Below, in pieces: positions 14,274 through 27,541 of a stretch of DNA of 64,000 bases; positions within the stretch are counted from its first letter, which is position 1, and each line of letters starts with the position of its first letter. A model generated the notes under the pieces. The model saw only the letters and a program-made list of their open reading frames with translations. It did not search any database and had not been told where the DNA came from. The DNA is from Isurus oxyrinchus (taxonomy: Eukaryota). Location of the stretch: the NCBI GenBank assembly GCA_026770705.1, contig JANJGN010000017.1, positions 34,906,001-34,970,000 of the forward strand, written 5' to 3'. The position numbers were made by a program, and so were the translations under genes.

Positions 14274-15202
14274 TTAACTGTTGATCTTAAAAGCAAGACC
14301 AAAATCATAAAGTTGGAGTTTGTGAAGGGAATTGCATGCACACAACATGTTTTTAATAATGTACAGATCTGAATCTCAGTAGGAAGAACACAGGACTATA
14401 GTTGCAACTAACATGGTCTGCAGAAATGGAATAAGGTTGATTACATGAGGATCATAGACTGATCGTTCTATCTTAATATCTTTAAAATCTTTTAGCTATA
14501 AAGTAGGCTTGCAGACAAGTTACATCTGTTAACTACCCATTTAAATCATGTTTTTTATTTCACAAATCCAAAAATAAAATCTTCACCCTGAGGAGAATTA
14601 ACTTTGATTGTGATGAGGCCCTTTTATTTTATAGTTGCACTGGAGCAACCCGATGCACTGCTCTTCCATATTCTTCTGTATAAGTGGAGCCAATGTCCAT
14701 GTACAATAGTCTCTATACCCAATGAATGTGTGCAGGCAGGACTGACTGTAATACTGTGGCCACTGTGATATGCTAAGCAATTACGTTATTATGTCATTAA
14801 TGGCTAACATCAGGAAGCCCAGAATGTTCAGGAAGTTGTGCCCTGACATAAGACCACAAATATAGATATAGTGGCCAAGTCTTAGGTTTTCCAGGAAACA
14901 ATAAGAGATGGAAGACCCATCAAAATTGGATGGAGATAATTTACTTGGAGAATCTTCAGCAATGCCACCATCTGAACACCAGCAGCCCCAATAGAATATA
15001 AAGGTGCTTACACTGCTACCTACCTACTATTTGTCTTTTACAGATGAAAAAAGGGTCTTGATTATAGTGATTAGATCAGAATTATAACTTCTTTCTGCTT
15101 ACAACTTCCCTGAATTCCTATTACTTTCAATGAGATTTAAGCTAAGATGGTCTGTACACATTTGCATATTTTAAAGCAAGTGACGCACGTTCACTGATTT
15201 GG

Positions 15203-15459
15203 ATGAGAAAGGGTTAAGTTAATGCATAGGTCCAGTTAATTAGCTAAGTTAATTAAAGGACTCTGGCCACTCATTGGAATCAAGCTCCTTGTTCATTTTG
15301 ATCATTTTAACCCTTAGTAAGTTTTTAGTCTACAAATGTAACTTTGTGTATGCTGCTGAAAAGTTGAGAAATTATGTTCTCTCTGCTGGTGGGAACGGAG
15401 TGGCAAGTAAATTGGAGCAGTTCTGTTTCCTGCTCCATTCCTGGAGCCCTGGTTTTGGT
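15203..15459 (+). repeat. Copy 2 of ~258-bp direct duplication
   Basis: Matches 14015-14273; also seen as paralogous ORF translations 14070.. and 15274.. Confidence 0.95.
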
Positions 15460-16130
15460 GATAAATGAGGCACCCATCAGACTGAAGCAGCAGCTTCGTG
15501 TATAAATTTTAATCGTAGCCCTATGAGGATGCTAATGATATTTTAACTGGGATGTGGTCAGAGAAGCCACTGTCGCAACTGGTCCTCTAGCATCACAAGG
15601 TAAGTTGCCATCTCTGCGGTTCCAGACTCCCCTTTCCCACCTGACAGTCCTTCTTGAAATCCTGCCACTGCCACTAGTCTGCCAAGGGCTGCCAGATCTG
15701 CTCCCACCAGCAGAGGCTCTGAGATGCCTTCCCACCTGTTCTGGGCAGAAAGTAGAACAGTGACATTTAAAGTGAGGGAGTTAAAATACCTTTGGCTTGA
15801 AACTTAGCCCAGCCAGTGTCATTTCTACACACCATGCTCTCTGCCTTCCCAAAATCCACTCAGGGTTTAAAATTTGATTCCATGCCAAAGATTACATGTC
15901 AGCCAAAGAGAGTGACAGGGTGGGAAACACTTCAATTAGTGAGAAGACTAACTTTCCTTATCTGGTTGTCACATACAAACTCGTTGGATTGTGTGAAGAT
16001 GGTTTACCTGATGCAGGACCTACCTATCTGTGAAGTACTTGTCCTTAATAAGTTTCAGAGAACAGAAAGGAGAGGACCCTGTCCTGTTCAGGAATATAGC
16101 ACGTGAAAGGATTTTAGGAAAGGTAAAGAA

Positions 16131-16158
16131 GCACACAAACACACACACACACACACAT
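16131..16158. repeat. (CA)n microsatellite
   Basis: gcacacaaacacacacacacacacacat. Confidence 0.9.
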
Positions 16159-18949
16159 ATGACTGACATAAGAGAAATTGTGAATATGCAAACATTCCTC
16201 TAAAGGGCAATAAAGGAAGTGGACACTAGGGTTTCATGTATCCGACTGTATGCACAATTTAAGTATAATTTTTCTACTCCTTATATGCAAAAGAGAAGAA
16301 AATGCCAATAATGAGCATAAATACAAATAGGCATTACATATATCTAAATTTGCATCAAATTTAAGTGACTTATGTTGTGAAGAGGGGGACTGCAGCCTCA
16401 AATAACAGCATTTGTTGTTAGCTGGATAAGAACAAAATGCAATATTAAATTTAACATACATTACAAATGCAATACTTACTAAAAGAACTTGTGAGATATG
16501 GTACCAGAATGTGTCCTGCACCAACTTTCCTTAATTTTGAAACAGATCCTTAGGGAAATCTATTCAAATCAAACCTTTCTTAAGATCAAAATTTTTTTCT
16601 GTCCAGACGTGACATTAGCAGATTCTATTTTATTAACTGTTTGAGAACTGCAGTAATCCCTGACTTCATTTCCAAAGTAAAATGACAACATTCTATAAGC
16701 CATAATGGTTTCAATTTACATATTTCTCAAATTGCATTTTCTCACAACCAGTAGAAGCTTACAGAAACTTATTAGGCAGCCGTAACATGATAGAAAACTT
16801 GTTGAGAACTATAGAGGATATTTATTAGTCAAAGAATTAATACTTTACCAAGGCATTCCATTTTCAACTACCTCTGTATATTTGAATTTAGGTAAAAGTA
16901 TGCATCACTGTAGAAACAAAAATAAATAATCTCTGATCATTTTACTTGCTTTCAGGCTTGATTTTATATCTAAAGTACCACTGTGTAAAAAAGGACAGTG
17001 TTTATCAATCTACCTTTTCGGATTCATTTTTTATCACCAATAAGGTGTATGTAAAATAATATTAAAATATGAGCTGGATAATTTGTACAGTAAATGTTGC
17101 TACAGTCTACTCCTTATTCACTTGATGTAAATATCTGATAATTCAATTTTTACCACCATTAAAGTCCCACTTTACTCCATTATTTATCTGCTTAATTCAA
17201 ATTATTGGATAATTCAATAATTTTTTTCCATTCAGCAGAAATAAGCTTAGTGACTCTCTAGTTTAGATGCCTGGAATTTGTACTTGCCATGAAACATCAA
17301 TACTAGAGGCCCAGTGACAACAATTCATAAAAATATTGCTTTTCCAATAATATATCATTCCATAACGTTGATTTTTAAGTACTGCAACATAAAAATAGTT
17401 CAACTAAGTCTTCAATCAGTTCAGTACAACAGTTACAACAGTTCAGTTACAACCTTAAGTACAACAACCCCCTTGGGATCCAAATATTTTTTGGTATATT
17501 ACAAGCAAGGTGCATAGGACAATAATATTCTATAAGAACTAATTTGAAAGTTTGGTTCAACTAACTTAAACATAATAATTGAGGGGCTTTCAGTGAATTT
17601 ATTCAGTAGGTAATTATATCACCCCTGTTTGAACAATTGTTCATTGATTGAGAATTCATAATGCAAGAGAACACATCTGAGTTCCACAGTATAGATGCTC
17701 AGTTTTAACATGGTAACTGCCAGTGCAAATAAAGGGTACTATCTACAATCTGAAACTAACATTTCACGGGAGTTGGGACTGATAACCGTGCAGTTCACAA
17801 CCACCTCTAAGTTGATATCTGACTGAACCATTTTTTGAAAATTAAATTGCTTTTTAGCCACTGCTTCTTCAGCTGAATTCAAACTCATACCTTCTTTCAG
17901 TGGGAAATGCCAGATGGAAAAATGCACCAGACCCCTTTTGCCTTTCCAAGTATGCAATCTTTGCTTATGTGACTTAAACTACTCTCATTGGTGACTTTTG
18001 TTCCATATGGCCTCAAAAGTATCTGCAATGGATCTAACATTCGATAAATTTCAATAGCATGCCCAGGATTTTCATTGCCTTTGCCAGCTGGAGGAGTTCC
18101 CTGAATGTTGAATACTGAACAAGTCAGGTTCATAAATATTACCCAAACAGGCACAAGAGTTGTGGCTTTGAATAACTGTCAGCTAAATTCAAAAAGAGAT
18201 ACCAGATAGACATAAGTGAACAAAAAATTATTTTGTTGAAAACTGCGTACAACTTAGCTCCTTCCTTTATTCTGAATGCAGCTAGTTTTCTGATAGAATT
18301 GAAGTAACCATTTCAAAGCTAAAACTAACATTTTTGCAACATACACACTTGCCTGTCAACAAAATATAGATTAGATCTGTTAAGAGGGAATCTAAATATC
18401 ACTGTTTCACCCTATGGCTGAAGGAAGAAACATAGTAATGGCTAGGGTTAAAAACAATCATATTTCCTACTTGACAAGCAGGAGTCTTGCTGATCTTGTT
18501 GGAAAACAATTTTCACTCACTAAAACCGTTAACAGGAGGAGTGATGCATGAAGCCTCACAGGGTTACAAACACTAAGAAATTGGAATTGGGATGGCCGAA
18601 ACGTTGATGTCACTGCAGGCGACCAGTTGCTTTGCATTTCCGTGAGCACCATAATCTCCTGCGGAGGTCAGGACAGGTACTTCAACCCAGCGACTGTGCA
18701 GCAATTTGCAAACACTCTAGGTAAACAGGAACACACGTAGGGCTGGGACCAACACAGATAAATGGACTGGTGAATTATATACAGTTTAAATGGTTTTAAA
18801 GACTGCCTTTATGATCATGCAAACTGTTAATGCCACAATGCAACAACCTTGGAGTACCTCGCCAAGTTCAAAGCCAACCTGCTGTTCCTGCAGGAGTGCG
18901 GATTGCCATTCCTCAGGGCCCACAGGCAATGGTCATGACAACAGTTTTA

Positions 18950-19262
18950 AAGATGATCTTGGAAGACTCTGAAGCTAACAATGAGACCTGCTGGCTTTTC
19001 ACCTCTTGGAGATCCTCCTTGACATCAATCCCCATTGACTGTAACAGGAGCAGGTTTTGCATGTTTTTTCTGGAGTTGGACCATTCGTCTCTTCCCTCTG
19101 TCGCTAAACTAGATGCTACACCTGATGGAAATCGTAAAAAACTCCCAGCCATCTGACATCCTCAGTAATCATGCAGATGGAGCACTACATATATACTGTT
19201 CCACAGACTATTTCCACAGATGCTGCCTGACCTGCTGAATATTTTCAGCATTTTGTTTTTAT
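18950..19262. repeat. Templated insertion: inverted copy of 20112-20264 joined to direct copy of 19586-19743
   Basis: 18950-19102 is the reverse complement of 20112-20264 (153 bp each); 19103-19262 matches 19586-19743. Confidence 0.9.
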
Positions 19263-19694
19263 GAACCAGATGATGGTGGTTCCTCTGGCCATCGATCTGG
19301 TCTGGAGGGAACAATTACCATTCTTTTGGCCTGTGCATTCTTCTGCAGTGAGGCAACTTTGCCATTACGGAAGTAAAGGAAGTGGTGGACAGTCATCTCT
19401 TCATTAGACAATATAAGAAAAAACTCTACTATTAATCAACGTGTATGGCCTGGCTCTGAAGAATGAGGGGTTGGCCATCTTCCAGCAGCTCCCACTGCTG
19501 CTGGTGAGGGCCAAGCTGCAGTTGTCCTTAGGCGGTGACTTCAACCGCATCACTGATGTGGCTGGACGATCTGGCAGAGCTGACAGCAAACTGGACGCTA
19601 CACCTGATGGAAATAATAAAAAACTCCCAGCCATGTGACATCCTCAGTAATCGTGCAGATGGAGCACTGCATATATACTGTTCCACAGACTATT

Positions 19695-19776
19695 TCCACA
19701 GATGCTACCTGACCTGCTGAATATTTTCAGCACTTGTTTTTATTTCAGATTTCCAGCATCCACAATGTTTAGCTTT
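19695..19776 (+). mobile_element. Penelope pLTR fragment nested in Tx1
   Basis: ccacagatgctacctgacctgctgaatattttcagc...gatttccagcatccac resembles pLTR ends at 13780-13830 and 51580-51670. Confidence 0.7.
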
Positions 19777-21560
19777 GGTACCACCTATATACACCTGATC
19801 CAGATCAGAAAGCTCATCTGCTCCAGGATAGGCTTCCTGTCTGTGTCCCAAGTACCCATGGTAAGGTCCACCAACATCAAGCCAGTGTTCTTCTCTGACC
19901 ACTGCCTCCTATTGTTACCTACAGGGAGACCAGAACATTGGCAGGAGGACATGAAATATGAACAAAATACTGTTGACTCCAGAAAACATCAAGAAACTCA
20001 AACAGGATTACAAAGTTTGAAGAACTGTGAAACCACTGTTTGATTGTGGGAAGCTATCATGGGAAATATCAAAAGGTTCCTCACCCTCAAAAATGTTCAG
20101 CAGGTAAGAGAGACAGAGAGAAGAGAGGAACGGTTCAATTCCAGAAAAAACATGCAAAATCTGCTCCTGCTACAATCACTGGGGATTGATGTCAAGGAGG
20201 ATCTCCAAGAGAAGGAGAGCCAGCAGGTCTCACTGTTTGCCTTACAGTCTTCCAAGATCATCTTCCGGTCCAGAGTGAACTCTGTGGAGGAGGATGAGAT
20301 GCACACATGTTTCTTTTCCCAATAGGTGCAGAGAGAAAATTCTGTCATCAACAGCCTGAAGGAAGGAGATGGCTTAGTAACATCATCACAACCAGACACA
20401 CAAAGGATCAGCAAATTCTTTTATCAGGGATGTACAACATAAAGCCTACTGACAGCATGACCTCTCAATACTCCAACTCTGACATTTTAGATGACAGTAA
20501 GTGGGAAGAGTCTGGACAAACTGCTAACTCTGCACGAGCTGACAAAGGCTGTCAGATCCTTCAAGACCAGTAAAGTTCTCGAATACGACAGTTTCCTGGC
20601 CCAACTATATTTGATTCTTTAGGACTGGATCGGCAACGTGTCAGAATTCAACCAGGAAAGGCATCATCACCCTCATCTGCTGACAGAATGGGGAGAAGAA
20701 GGAGATCAGAAATTGGCAGTCCATTTCACTGCTTAATATTCCATCTAAGGTCATCATTAATCAGGTCAAGTTAGCTCTCAGGTTGGTAATCCACCCAGAT
20801 CAGACCTGTGCCATACCTAGCAGGCGGGATCTCTGATAACCTTATGCTACTCAGGGATAAAATCACCTACATACAGGACAGAAGAGCATGATGGATATGT
20901 TCTCCAAAATGTAGTTTGGGAAGGGAATCCACAATTGAAACCAACTGCTCTACACAAACATCAGTAGCACAGTTTCAATCAATGTATGGGAATCAGAAAG
21001 CTTTCCAATCAAATCATGAGCCAGGCACTGTGCTCTCTCCTCTGTCTTGCTCGTGTTGTATTGAACCGTTTGTTCCGTCCATCTGGAAGGATGTGGGTAT
21101 AAGAGGATGACAATCTGAAGCAGTGAGGCACTCAGGTCAAAGGGTCTCTGTACTTTGCCACCTTTTGCTTGAATCTGCTGTAAGTCCACAGAACGATGAG
21201 CATCTACAGCTATCTCAAACTGGCCTTGGGAGCCAAAGTTAATCATGGCAAGAGTGAGGACATGTTCTTTGGGATTGGGTTGGCTGATCTCTGTCCGCTT
21301 CATAGGTCAGATTAACTGAAAATGTTGGGAATATGGTCCGGAAGCACTAGGCCATGCACCAATAACTGGAAGGAGTGCATAAGGTAGAAATAAACTGGGT
21401 ATGTGGGAGTGATGCTCCTTGTCTATTACAGAGAAAAATCTCATCATCAAGTATGAGTTGCTCTCATTGTGTTGAGGATATTCTCAACATCACCCTCATC
21501 CTCATGGCTGCCTTTACGTGCAGCTGTATCAAGCTGTGCATAGTCCCTCTGTACACAAAC

Positions 21561-22008
21561 CTGCAGGATTTTTAGCCCCAAATATGGAGGCATGTGCCTG
21601 CAAAAACTTTCAACCACCAGCTAGCATGTTGGGTTTCACTTCACCATCCTGCGGCCCCAACCCCCAGCCATTTTCTTGGAGGTGTGATATTCCTCCACAA
21701 TGGTGGCCTGGCTGCTGATTCTTTTTCCTTTAGTTAAAAGTTTAAAAAGTTGGAGAGGGGCGCACCTTCATCTTGAGATGCCCCCCCCACTCTCTCTCTC
21801 TCTTACCTGAAAAGTCAGTCTTGTTGCTCCTTCAGTGATGGAGGGCTTTCTATTCATCTAACTTTGAAAGCTACTTAATTGGATGGTGAGTTGATTGGTC
21901 TCTTTGGGGAAAATCACAGCTGGGTGACTGTTCCCCACGTAGTGAGGGCTCCTGGCCCCCATCTGACCCAGACATCTGAGTCCCAAAGCTGTGCAAAAAA
22001 TCCTGCCC
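21561..22008. mobile_element. MITE-like DNA element (Harbinger-type ends) inserted in Tx1
   Basis: 11-bp perfect inverted repeat GCAGGATTTTT (21563-21573) / AAAAATCCTGC (21996-22006); right end ...GCCC. Confidence 0.55.
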
Positions 22009-23019
22009 ACAGTGTCACTACATGGTGAGGTTCTATTTGTGCGCAGTGTTGCAAAGGATAGACCTGACCACATTGCCATGAATACTCCATTCAGTTGGAC
22101 CATACCATACCATCTATCCCTCATGGGAACGTTGGTGCAGAAAAATATCTTTGACCACAAGTCTACCAAGCAGTTGTGTGCATGTAACGTTCTCAAGGCT
22201 CTGCCGGAAAGGAAGATGATGGATCCTGTTGGGTGGTTCCTTAAGCACACTGTAAAAGCAATTTAGCAGAACATCTCATCACCAGGACTTTCAAACAAGC
22301 ATCAACACATAGCTTGGCTGATGAGAAGGGCTCAGATCCTTCATGCACGCCTAAGGTCTCAGCACCACCGCATGCTGTCCTTCAAGTAGCTGCGATGGGG
22401 AAGAGACCATCATCCAAACCTTCTGAAATGTGCCTTTGAAAAGAAGGTTTAGAAAGAGATGCAATGGTTTTTATTGAGTTTGATGCTAAGCATCTAGGTA
22501 ACCCAGGTCTTTGCGCTTTGTTGCAGTTCCAAGGATCACACATTGAGACAAACATGAAGTCAATGAAAGACTCTCTTTGACCTACCCAAGACTTGCATGT
22601 CTTCCAGTGCAAGGAGCTGTTCATCTCCGGGTTTCATTGAGCAGGTCCAGGTCTACGTGCTGAGGGACACGTTGCAGTTCGGTGAACTGCCACAAAGGCA
22701 CAAAAAGGAAAAGACACAGTCTAGGGCCCTCCTTCCATATACCAAGGAGCTGATACCCATGTAAAACCCCTTGGGTTATATTTATCAGAGGATGTTTCAA
22801 ATCAAATATAAATGTAAATTGTAAACACTAACTGTAATGTAAGCAGAGAGAGGCATGTCAGAATGCCATGTACTGTTTCGAAATAAATTATTCTGTCTTG
22901 CACTCTGTCTAAAGTCCGATTTTAATTGCTCTGTAATGTATTTCTACAAATTTTACGACTAAAGTATATTTTTTGAAAAAAATCCTTGAGCGCCTTAATA
23001 TAGGCTAACATTTCAATGC

Positions 23020-23302
23020 AACGTGAAAGATTGCTAAAGTGGCAAAGGTTAAAATTTTTTGAGAAGACATTAAGCCACAGCCCTCTATTCCGGACAGGAG
23101 CGCAAACGATTGCTTAAAAAGATCAGTGACTTTTCCCAGTACCTTTGCCAATATTCCTCTTTTAAAAACACTAATAAGAGAGTGAACCAGTCATTAATCT
23201 TATTTGTTGTTTGTGTGATCTTGCTGTGCATAAATAGGGTGTCAACACTGCCTACATATAATGACAGTGATTGTATTTTAAAATTCATGTCCATAAAATG
23301 CT
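23020..23302 (+). mobile_element. DeuSINE-type (SacSINE1-like) SINE, decayed
   Basis: atttgttgtttgtgtgatcttgctgtgcataaat...cctacatataatgacagtga resembles the recalled DeuSINE consensus; inverted relative at 41150-41480. Confidence 0.6.
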
Positions 23303-23835
23303 GAAGTTATGCAGAGAATTTGGGGAAGACCACCTCAAACAAGATGCTGCTATGCCAGGCTGAAGAAAAGGTCCATTTTTGAGTTAACCATTAAGCAAAG
23401 TGCAGGTGAAGACAGATTCTCGGTTCGAAAAAACAAGGCTGGTAGAAGTTAAAGACCAAGGAGTCTCCAGAGGGTGCCCTGGTGCTGGAAGCATATTTCA
23501 ATATACTCAGAAGATTGAATAAAGGGGACTTTGTTTAAAAGGACACTGAAAGATTCACCCTGTTGGTGTGGGGAGAGAAATCCCATTAAAGGTGGGAAGT
23601 ATGCTAAACTACATTTCTGCTAAGAATGCAGTGTAACATATAAATATGGTATGGGGTTCTCGGTTGTGTTAATAAATCAATAGTGAATAGCCTTTCTGTA
23701 GTTTAGTTATTAGCTGCTTACTAAATAATGTTGAGTTTAGTTTGTTTGTTAGAGTAAAAGTCCTAAAGCATGAAATTTTGTGCAATTCTGTGTGTTGGTC
23801 ACTGGGAAATTCATATCTCTTTTCAAAAGTTAAAA
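23303..23835 (+). mobile_element. LTR fragment related to the 11841-12787 solo LTR
   Basis: taaaagtcctaaagcatgaaattttg...tcaaaagtta resembles the reverse complement of 11865-11945 (taaaaatcttaaaacgtgaaatcttg...tcaaaagtta); AATAAA at ~23671. Confidence 0.4.
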
Positions 23836-23944
23836 AGTGGTGAAAGAAGAAATACTGACAAAATTAGTTGAACTCAGAAATGCATTTCCTGCTCAACAGT
23901 TGCAAAATAAAAACAAAGGCAGATATAACAAAGCCTGTAGTTAA

Positions 23945-24815
23945 AACTTTCCTGGTATGTTGCCTCCCTGATGCCAGATGCTGGATATTCTTCTGGGGGA
24001 GGATGAACAGCCAGAGGTTGTAGTCCACGTTGATACCAATGACATAGGGAGGAAGAGGGATGAGTTCCTCAAAGCAGGTTTTAAGGGGTTAGGAAAAAAA
24101 TTAAAAAGCAGGACCTCAAAAGCAATAATCTCAGGATTACTCCAAGTGCCACATGCTAGTAAACATAGAAATAGGAAAATTGAGTGATTGTATATGCGGC
24201 TGGAGAACTGGTGGAGGAGGGAGGGCACCAGATTTCTGAGGCATTGGGACCAGTTCTGGGGCAGGTGGGACCTGTACATGATGAACAGGTTGCACCTTAG
24301 CAGGACTAGGGGAGGGTTTAAGCTAAATTGGCAGGGTTGGGAATCTGAGTGAGCTCAGATTGGAAGGAAGCAAAACTGGTAATAGAAGTAGAAATGTAGT
24401 AAGCGTAAATAGAAGGCAGACAAAGCGAAGGCAAGAATTAAAGAAGATAAGAATGTGGAATAATGTTAAAAAAAACAAGGGCATGCCATCTGAATGTACA
24501 CAGCATTTGCAACAAAGTAGATAATTTGAAGGCACAAATAAAGGAAAGTGGGTATGATTTAATTGCCATTATAGAAACATGGTTACAAGGTGTCTGAGAT
24601 TTGTAACTGAATATTCAAAGGTATTCATTATTTAGGAAGGATAGGCAAAAAGTAAAAGGAGGTGGGGTGGCACTGTTAATAAGTGACAAGATTAGTACAT
24701 TACTGAGACCGAAGGATAAAGATGTAGATTCAGTTTTGGTGGAGCTAAGAAATAGCAAAGGGCAGCAAACATTGGCGGGAGTTGTTTAACGGCCACCAAA
24801 CTGTAGTGGTAATGT
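23945..24815 (+). mobile_element. CR1 LINE 5' part: ORF1 SGNH-esterase and ORF2 endonuclease remnants
   Basis: QPEVVVHVDTNDIG...IISGLL (CR1 ORF1 esterase); LIAIIETWL, LFRKDR..KGGGVALLI, RPPN (APE domain). Confidence 0.85.
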
Positions 24816-25797
24816 GTGTTTCACAACACCACATAAGTGACGTGCACCTGGCGAGCTGCACTTTGCTTAGGACTTCAAGCTTTGTTTGCCTACCTTGCTT
24901 CTGTCAGCACTTGTAATCATCAGTGCCAGGCTTCACAGACAGCACCATATCACTTTTGGGGGGCTCACGTCAGGTCTCTATCTATAAGATCAGACATATG
25001 TGGATGGTTTTTCAATTGCTGCAGGGCTAGGGCTTGCTTAGCAAAGGGAGAGAAGTGTCCTCAGACAACGGAAGAGGCTAGAGGACAAGGGCTGTATTGA
25101 GGAAGGAGGGTAATCCAAGATGTGTGTGGGGGCACACGTTGACCTGTGTGATGGCTGAGGAGGCAGTGTCCAAGAGGAGATGAGGCCAGATGGATGTGTG
25201 AGGATGGGTGATGATATCCCTTGAGCTGGCAGTGAGTGAGATGCCAGTGAATGTGTGATGAGATTGAGTGTGAGAGTTTGGAGTGATGAGATGGTTGCCA
25301 TACCCTGGCTGCACAGACGATATTATTCATCCTCTACCTGCATTGGATGGCAAACCTCTTCTGTGCAGCACTGGCACTGATCATCACTGCCACCGCCTCC
25401 CAAGTCTGGTTGGTCACACCGTTGCCCATCTTGTGGCCAGAGTGGGGGTAGAGGACATCGCGACAGGCCTCCATGGCATCCAAAAGGCATTCCAGTGACA
25501 CAACACTATGTCTGGGGGTATCAGTCTTTTTGTCTTTCTTGGATATCTTCCCTGCAGTAGTCATGGGCTGGAAGCACTGAGTTGTGTGTGTGCAGCTAGA
25601 CTTTAAATATGGCGCCTGGCTTGGTGAAGTGGCGAAGATATGGTGTGGTGGATGAATGAGAGCCCGCCCACCATCAAAACAGCATGTTTTTCCAGAATGC
25701 ATAACTAAGGCGGCAGGTTTGGAACGGTATGGCGTGAAAACCTGCCATTGCAGCAATGGCTGCCGCACTTAGTACAAATCTAGGATAACTCCGCCCC
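24816..25797 (-). mobile_element. Harbinger-type DNA transposon fragment with Myb/SANT-like remnant
   Basis: ORF 25334..25768(-) PRHS..SLECLLDAMEACRDVLYP...QTWEAVAVMISA...RFAIQCR matches the Myb-like accessory protein of Harbinger elements; terminus GGGGCGGAGTT on minus at 25797. Confidence 0.7.
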
Positions 25798-25799
25798 AA

Positions 25800-26105
25800 G
25801 AAACTGAAAAAGAAAGGGAGAAGAGAATATGAATGCAAGCTAGTGAGAAACATGAAGGTGACTGTAAAAGCTTAGTCAGGTATGTGAAAAGGAAAAGAGT
25901 AGCACGTTCAAATGTGGGAATTTATAATGGAGAATTGGGAAATGGCAAAGAAACTAAACAAACACTAGGGAACCAAAGGCACAATGAACTGAAAGAAATT
26001 ATTAATAAAGAGGTAATATTCAAAAAATTAATTGGATTGAAGGTTGATAATTCCCCTGGACCAGATGAGCTACATGCCAGGGTTTTGAAGGAGATATTGG
26101 ATGTA
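25800..26105 (+). mobile_element. CR1 ORF2 continuation
   Basis: LKVDNSPGPDELHARVLKE motif. Confidence 0.8.
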
Positions 26106-26109
26106 TTGC

Positions 26110-27140
26110 TGATTGCCTTGTCTTTCACCCATCCTTGTTCCAAGGGTTGGCCACATGATAAGCAATCTTTCTCCACTGATTTCTAATCTCTGCTGTCCTC
26201 ACTACCTGTCCAAAAGAGGGGTCAGTCCATGTTCAGATATTATTCAAGAGGCATTACCTCTTTTACCAAACAGTCCCCTCTTGTTTGCATCACATGCCCA
26301 AAACATGTGAGCTTCCTTGATGTCACTGCCTCAAAAAGTTTTTCTTAATACCAGCTTTCTCAAGCACCCACTCATTTGTCTTCTAGGCTGTCTATGACGC
26401 AAGTAATATCTATCTGAGTCCTTTCATTTGAAATGCTCTTATTCAAGCCTCATCACTCTTCTTGATGGTCCAGCTTGCATAGCATATAATGTTACCAACC
26501 ATGCAAGGGCTTTTCGAAGATGAATTTTTGTTATAACTGAGATGCTGTGGATACTTCCATACTTGTCTAATGAGTTTGCAATGCCATGACCCTTCTTAAG
26601 TCTGGTCCAAATGTCTTTGATAGACTTTGCATCTTCCACAGTGAGTAACCTATGATATCAACCTATTCAAGCTGAACTCCATTACTCAGAATCTTGCAGG
26701 TGTTTCCACCCATCCTCATCACCTTTGCCTTGTTGACATCGATCAAGAAACTGTACTTCTGGTTAACTTGGTCAAGACGATCTACCAATCTCATAGCTCC
26801 TCCACTGAGTTAATGAACAGAACAATGTCATTCAGTATATCAAAGATTTGAAACTGGCAGCCTGCCAATTGGTATCCCACCTTTGTATCCATCAAGTGTC
26901 TTCCTCATAACAAAAACAAAAACACCCGGAAAATCTCAGCAGGTATTTTTGTTTTGGATTTCCAGCATCCACAGTTTTTTGCTTTTATCTAAATGTCTCC
27001 CTCATGACCATTTCTGTTAAGATGCTGAATATATATGGTGAGAGAACACACCCGTCTAACGCCCTTTTTGACTCTGAACCATTCTGAGGGGTGCAGACAA
27101 CTCTGACCCTAGCTCACAGTTTACGACAAACCATCGGTGT
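26110..27140 (-). mobile_element. RTE-clade LINE 3' fragment inserted antisense in CR1
   Basis: Minus strand near 27070-27005 reads KKGVR/GCVLSPYIFSILTEMVMR (RT, frameshifted); RLEAF motif at ~26450. Confidence 0.7.
26909..26990. mobile_element. Tiny inverted-pLTR Penelope derivative
   Basis: caaaaacaaaaacacc...ggtatttttgttttggatttccagcatcc; degenerate 15-bp TSD aagtgtcttcctcat/aaatgtctccctcat. Confidence 0.65.
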
Positions 27141-27541
27141 TTATCTTTCAAAATTCTATAGATTCTGGAAAGACTGGAAAGTAGCAAATGTAACCCCACT
27201 ACTTAAGGAGGGAAGGAGAGAGAAAAGGGAGAACTACAGATCTGTTAGTTTGATATCAATAGTAGGGAAAATGTTAGAATCTGGAAGGATATGATAACTG
27301 GATACTTAGAAAATAATTATATGATTGGGCAGAGTCAACAGAGCCTCAAGGGGCTGTGGAAGTTCAATCATTGAGCATATTCAAACAGAAATCGATAGAT
27401 TTCTGGATACTCATGACATCAAGGGATATGGGAATAGTGGGGGAAAAAACAAGGCATCAAGGTAGATGATCAGCCATGATTTGTTTGAATGGCAGAGCAG
27501 GTTCGATGGGCTGAATGGCCTACTCCTGCTCCTATGTTCCT
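27141..27541 (+). mobile_element. CR1 RT fragment and 3' end
   Basis: DWKVANVTPLLK...ENYRSVSLISIVGKMLES; tail gatcagccatgat...gaatggcctactcctgctcctatgttccta. Confidence 0.85.

Larger units (their letters stand above)
18420..22982 (+). mobile_element. Decayed Tx1/L1-clade non-LTR retrotransposon
   Basis: APE motifs LLFLQECG (~18880), LINVYG...LGGDFN (19432-19546), FFSDHCLL (~19890); RT-region GIITLI, NWQSISLLN, IHPDQTCAIP (~20660-20820); 3' end taaagtatattttttgaaaaaaa. Many stops and frameshifts; 5' boundary approximate. Confidence 0.85.

Noticed and set aside
14015-15459. Direct repeats as LTRs of an intact retroelement
   Set aside because: No TG..CA termini, PBS, PPT or TSD; kept only as a local duplication.
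25334-25768. Myb/SANT ORF as a domesticated host gene
   Set aside because: Lies inside a CR1 copy beside a Harbinger-like terminus and is truncated; best read as a transposon remnant.
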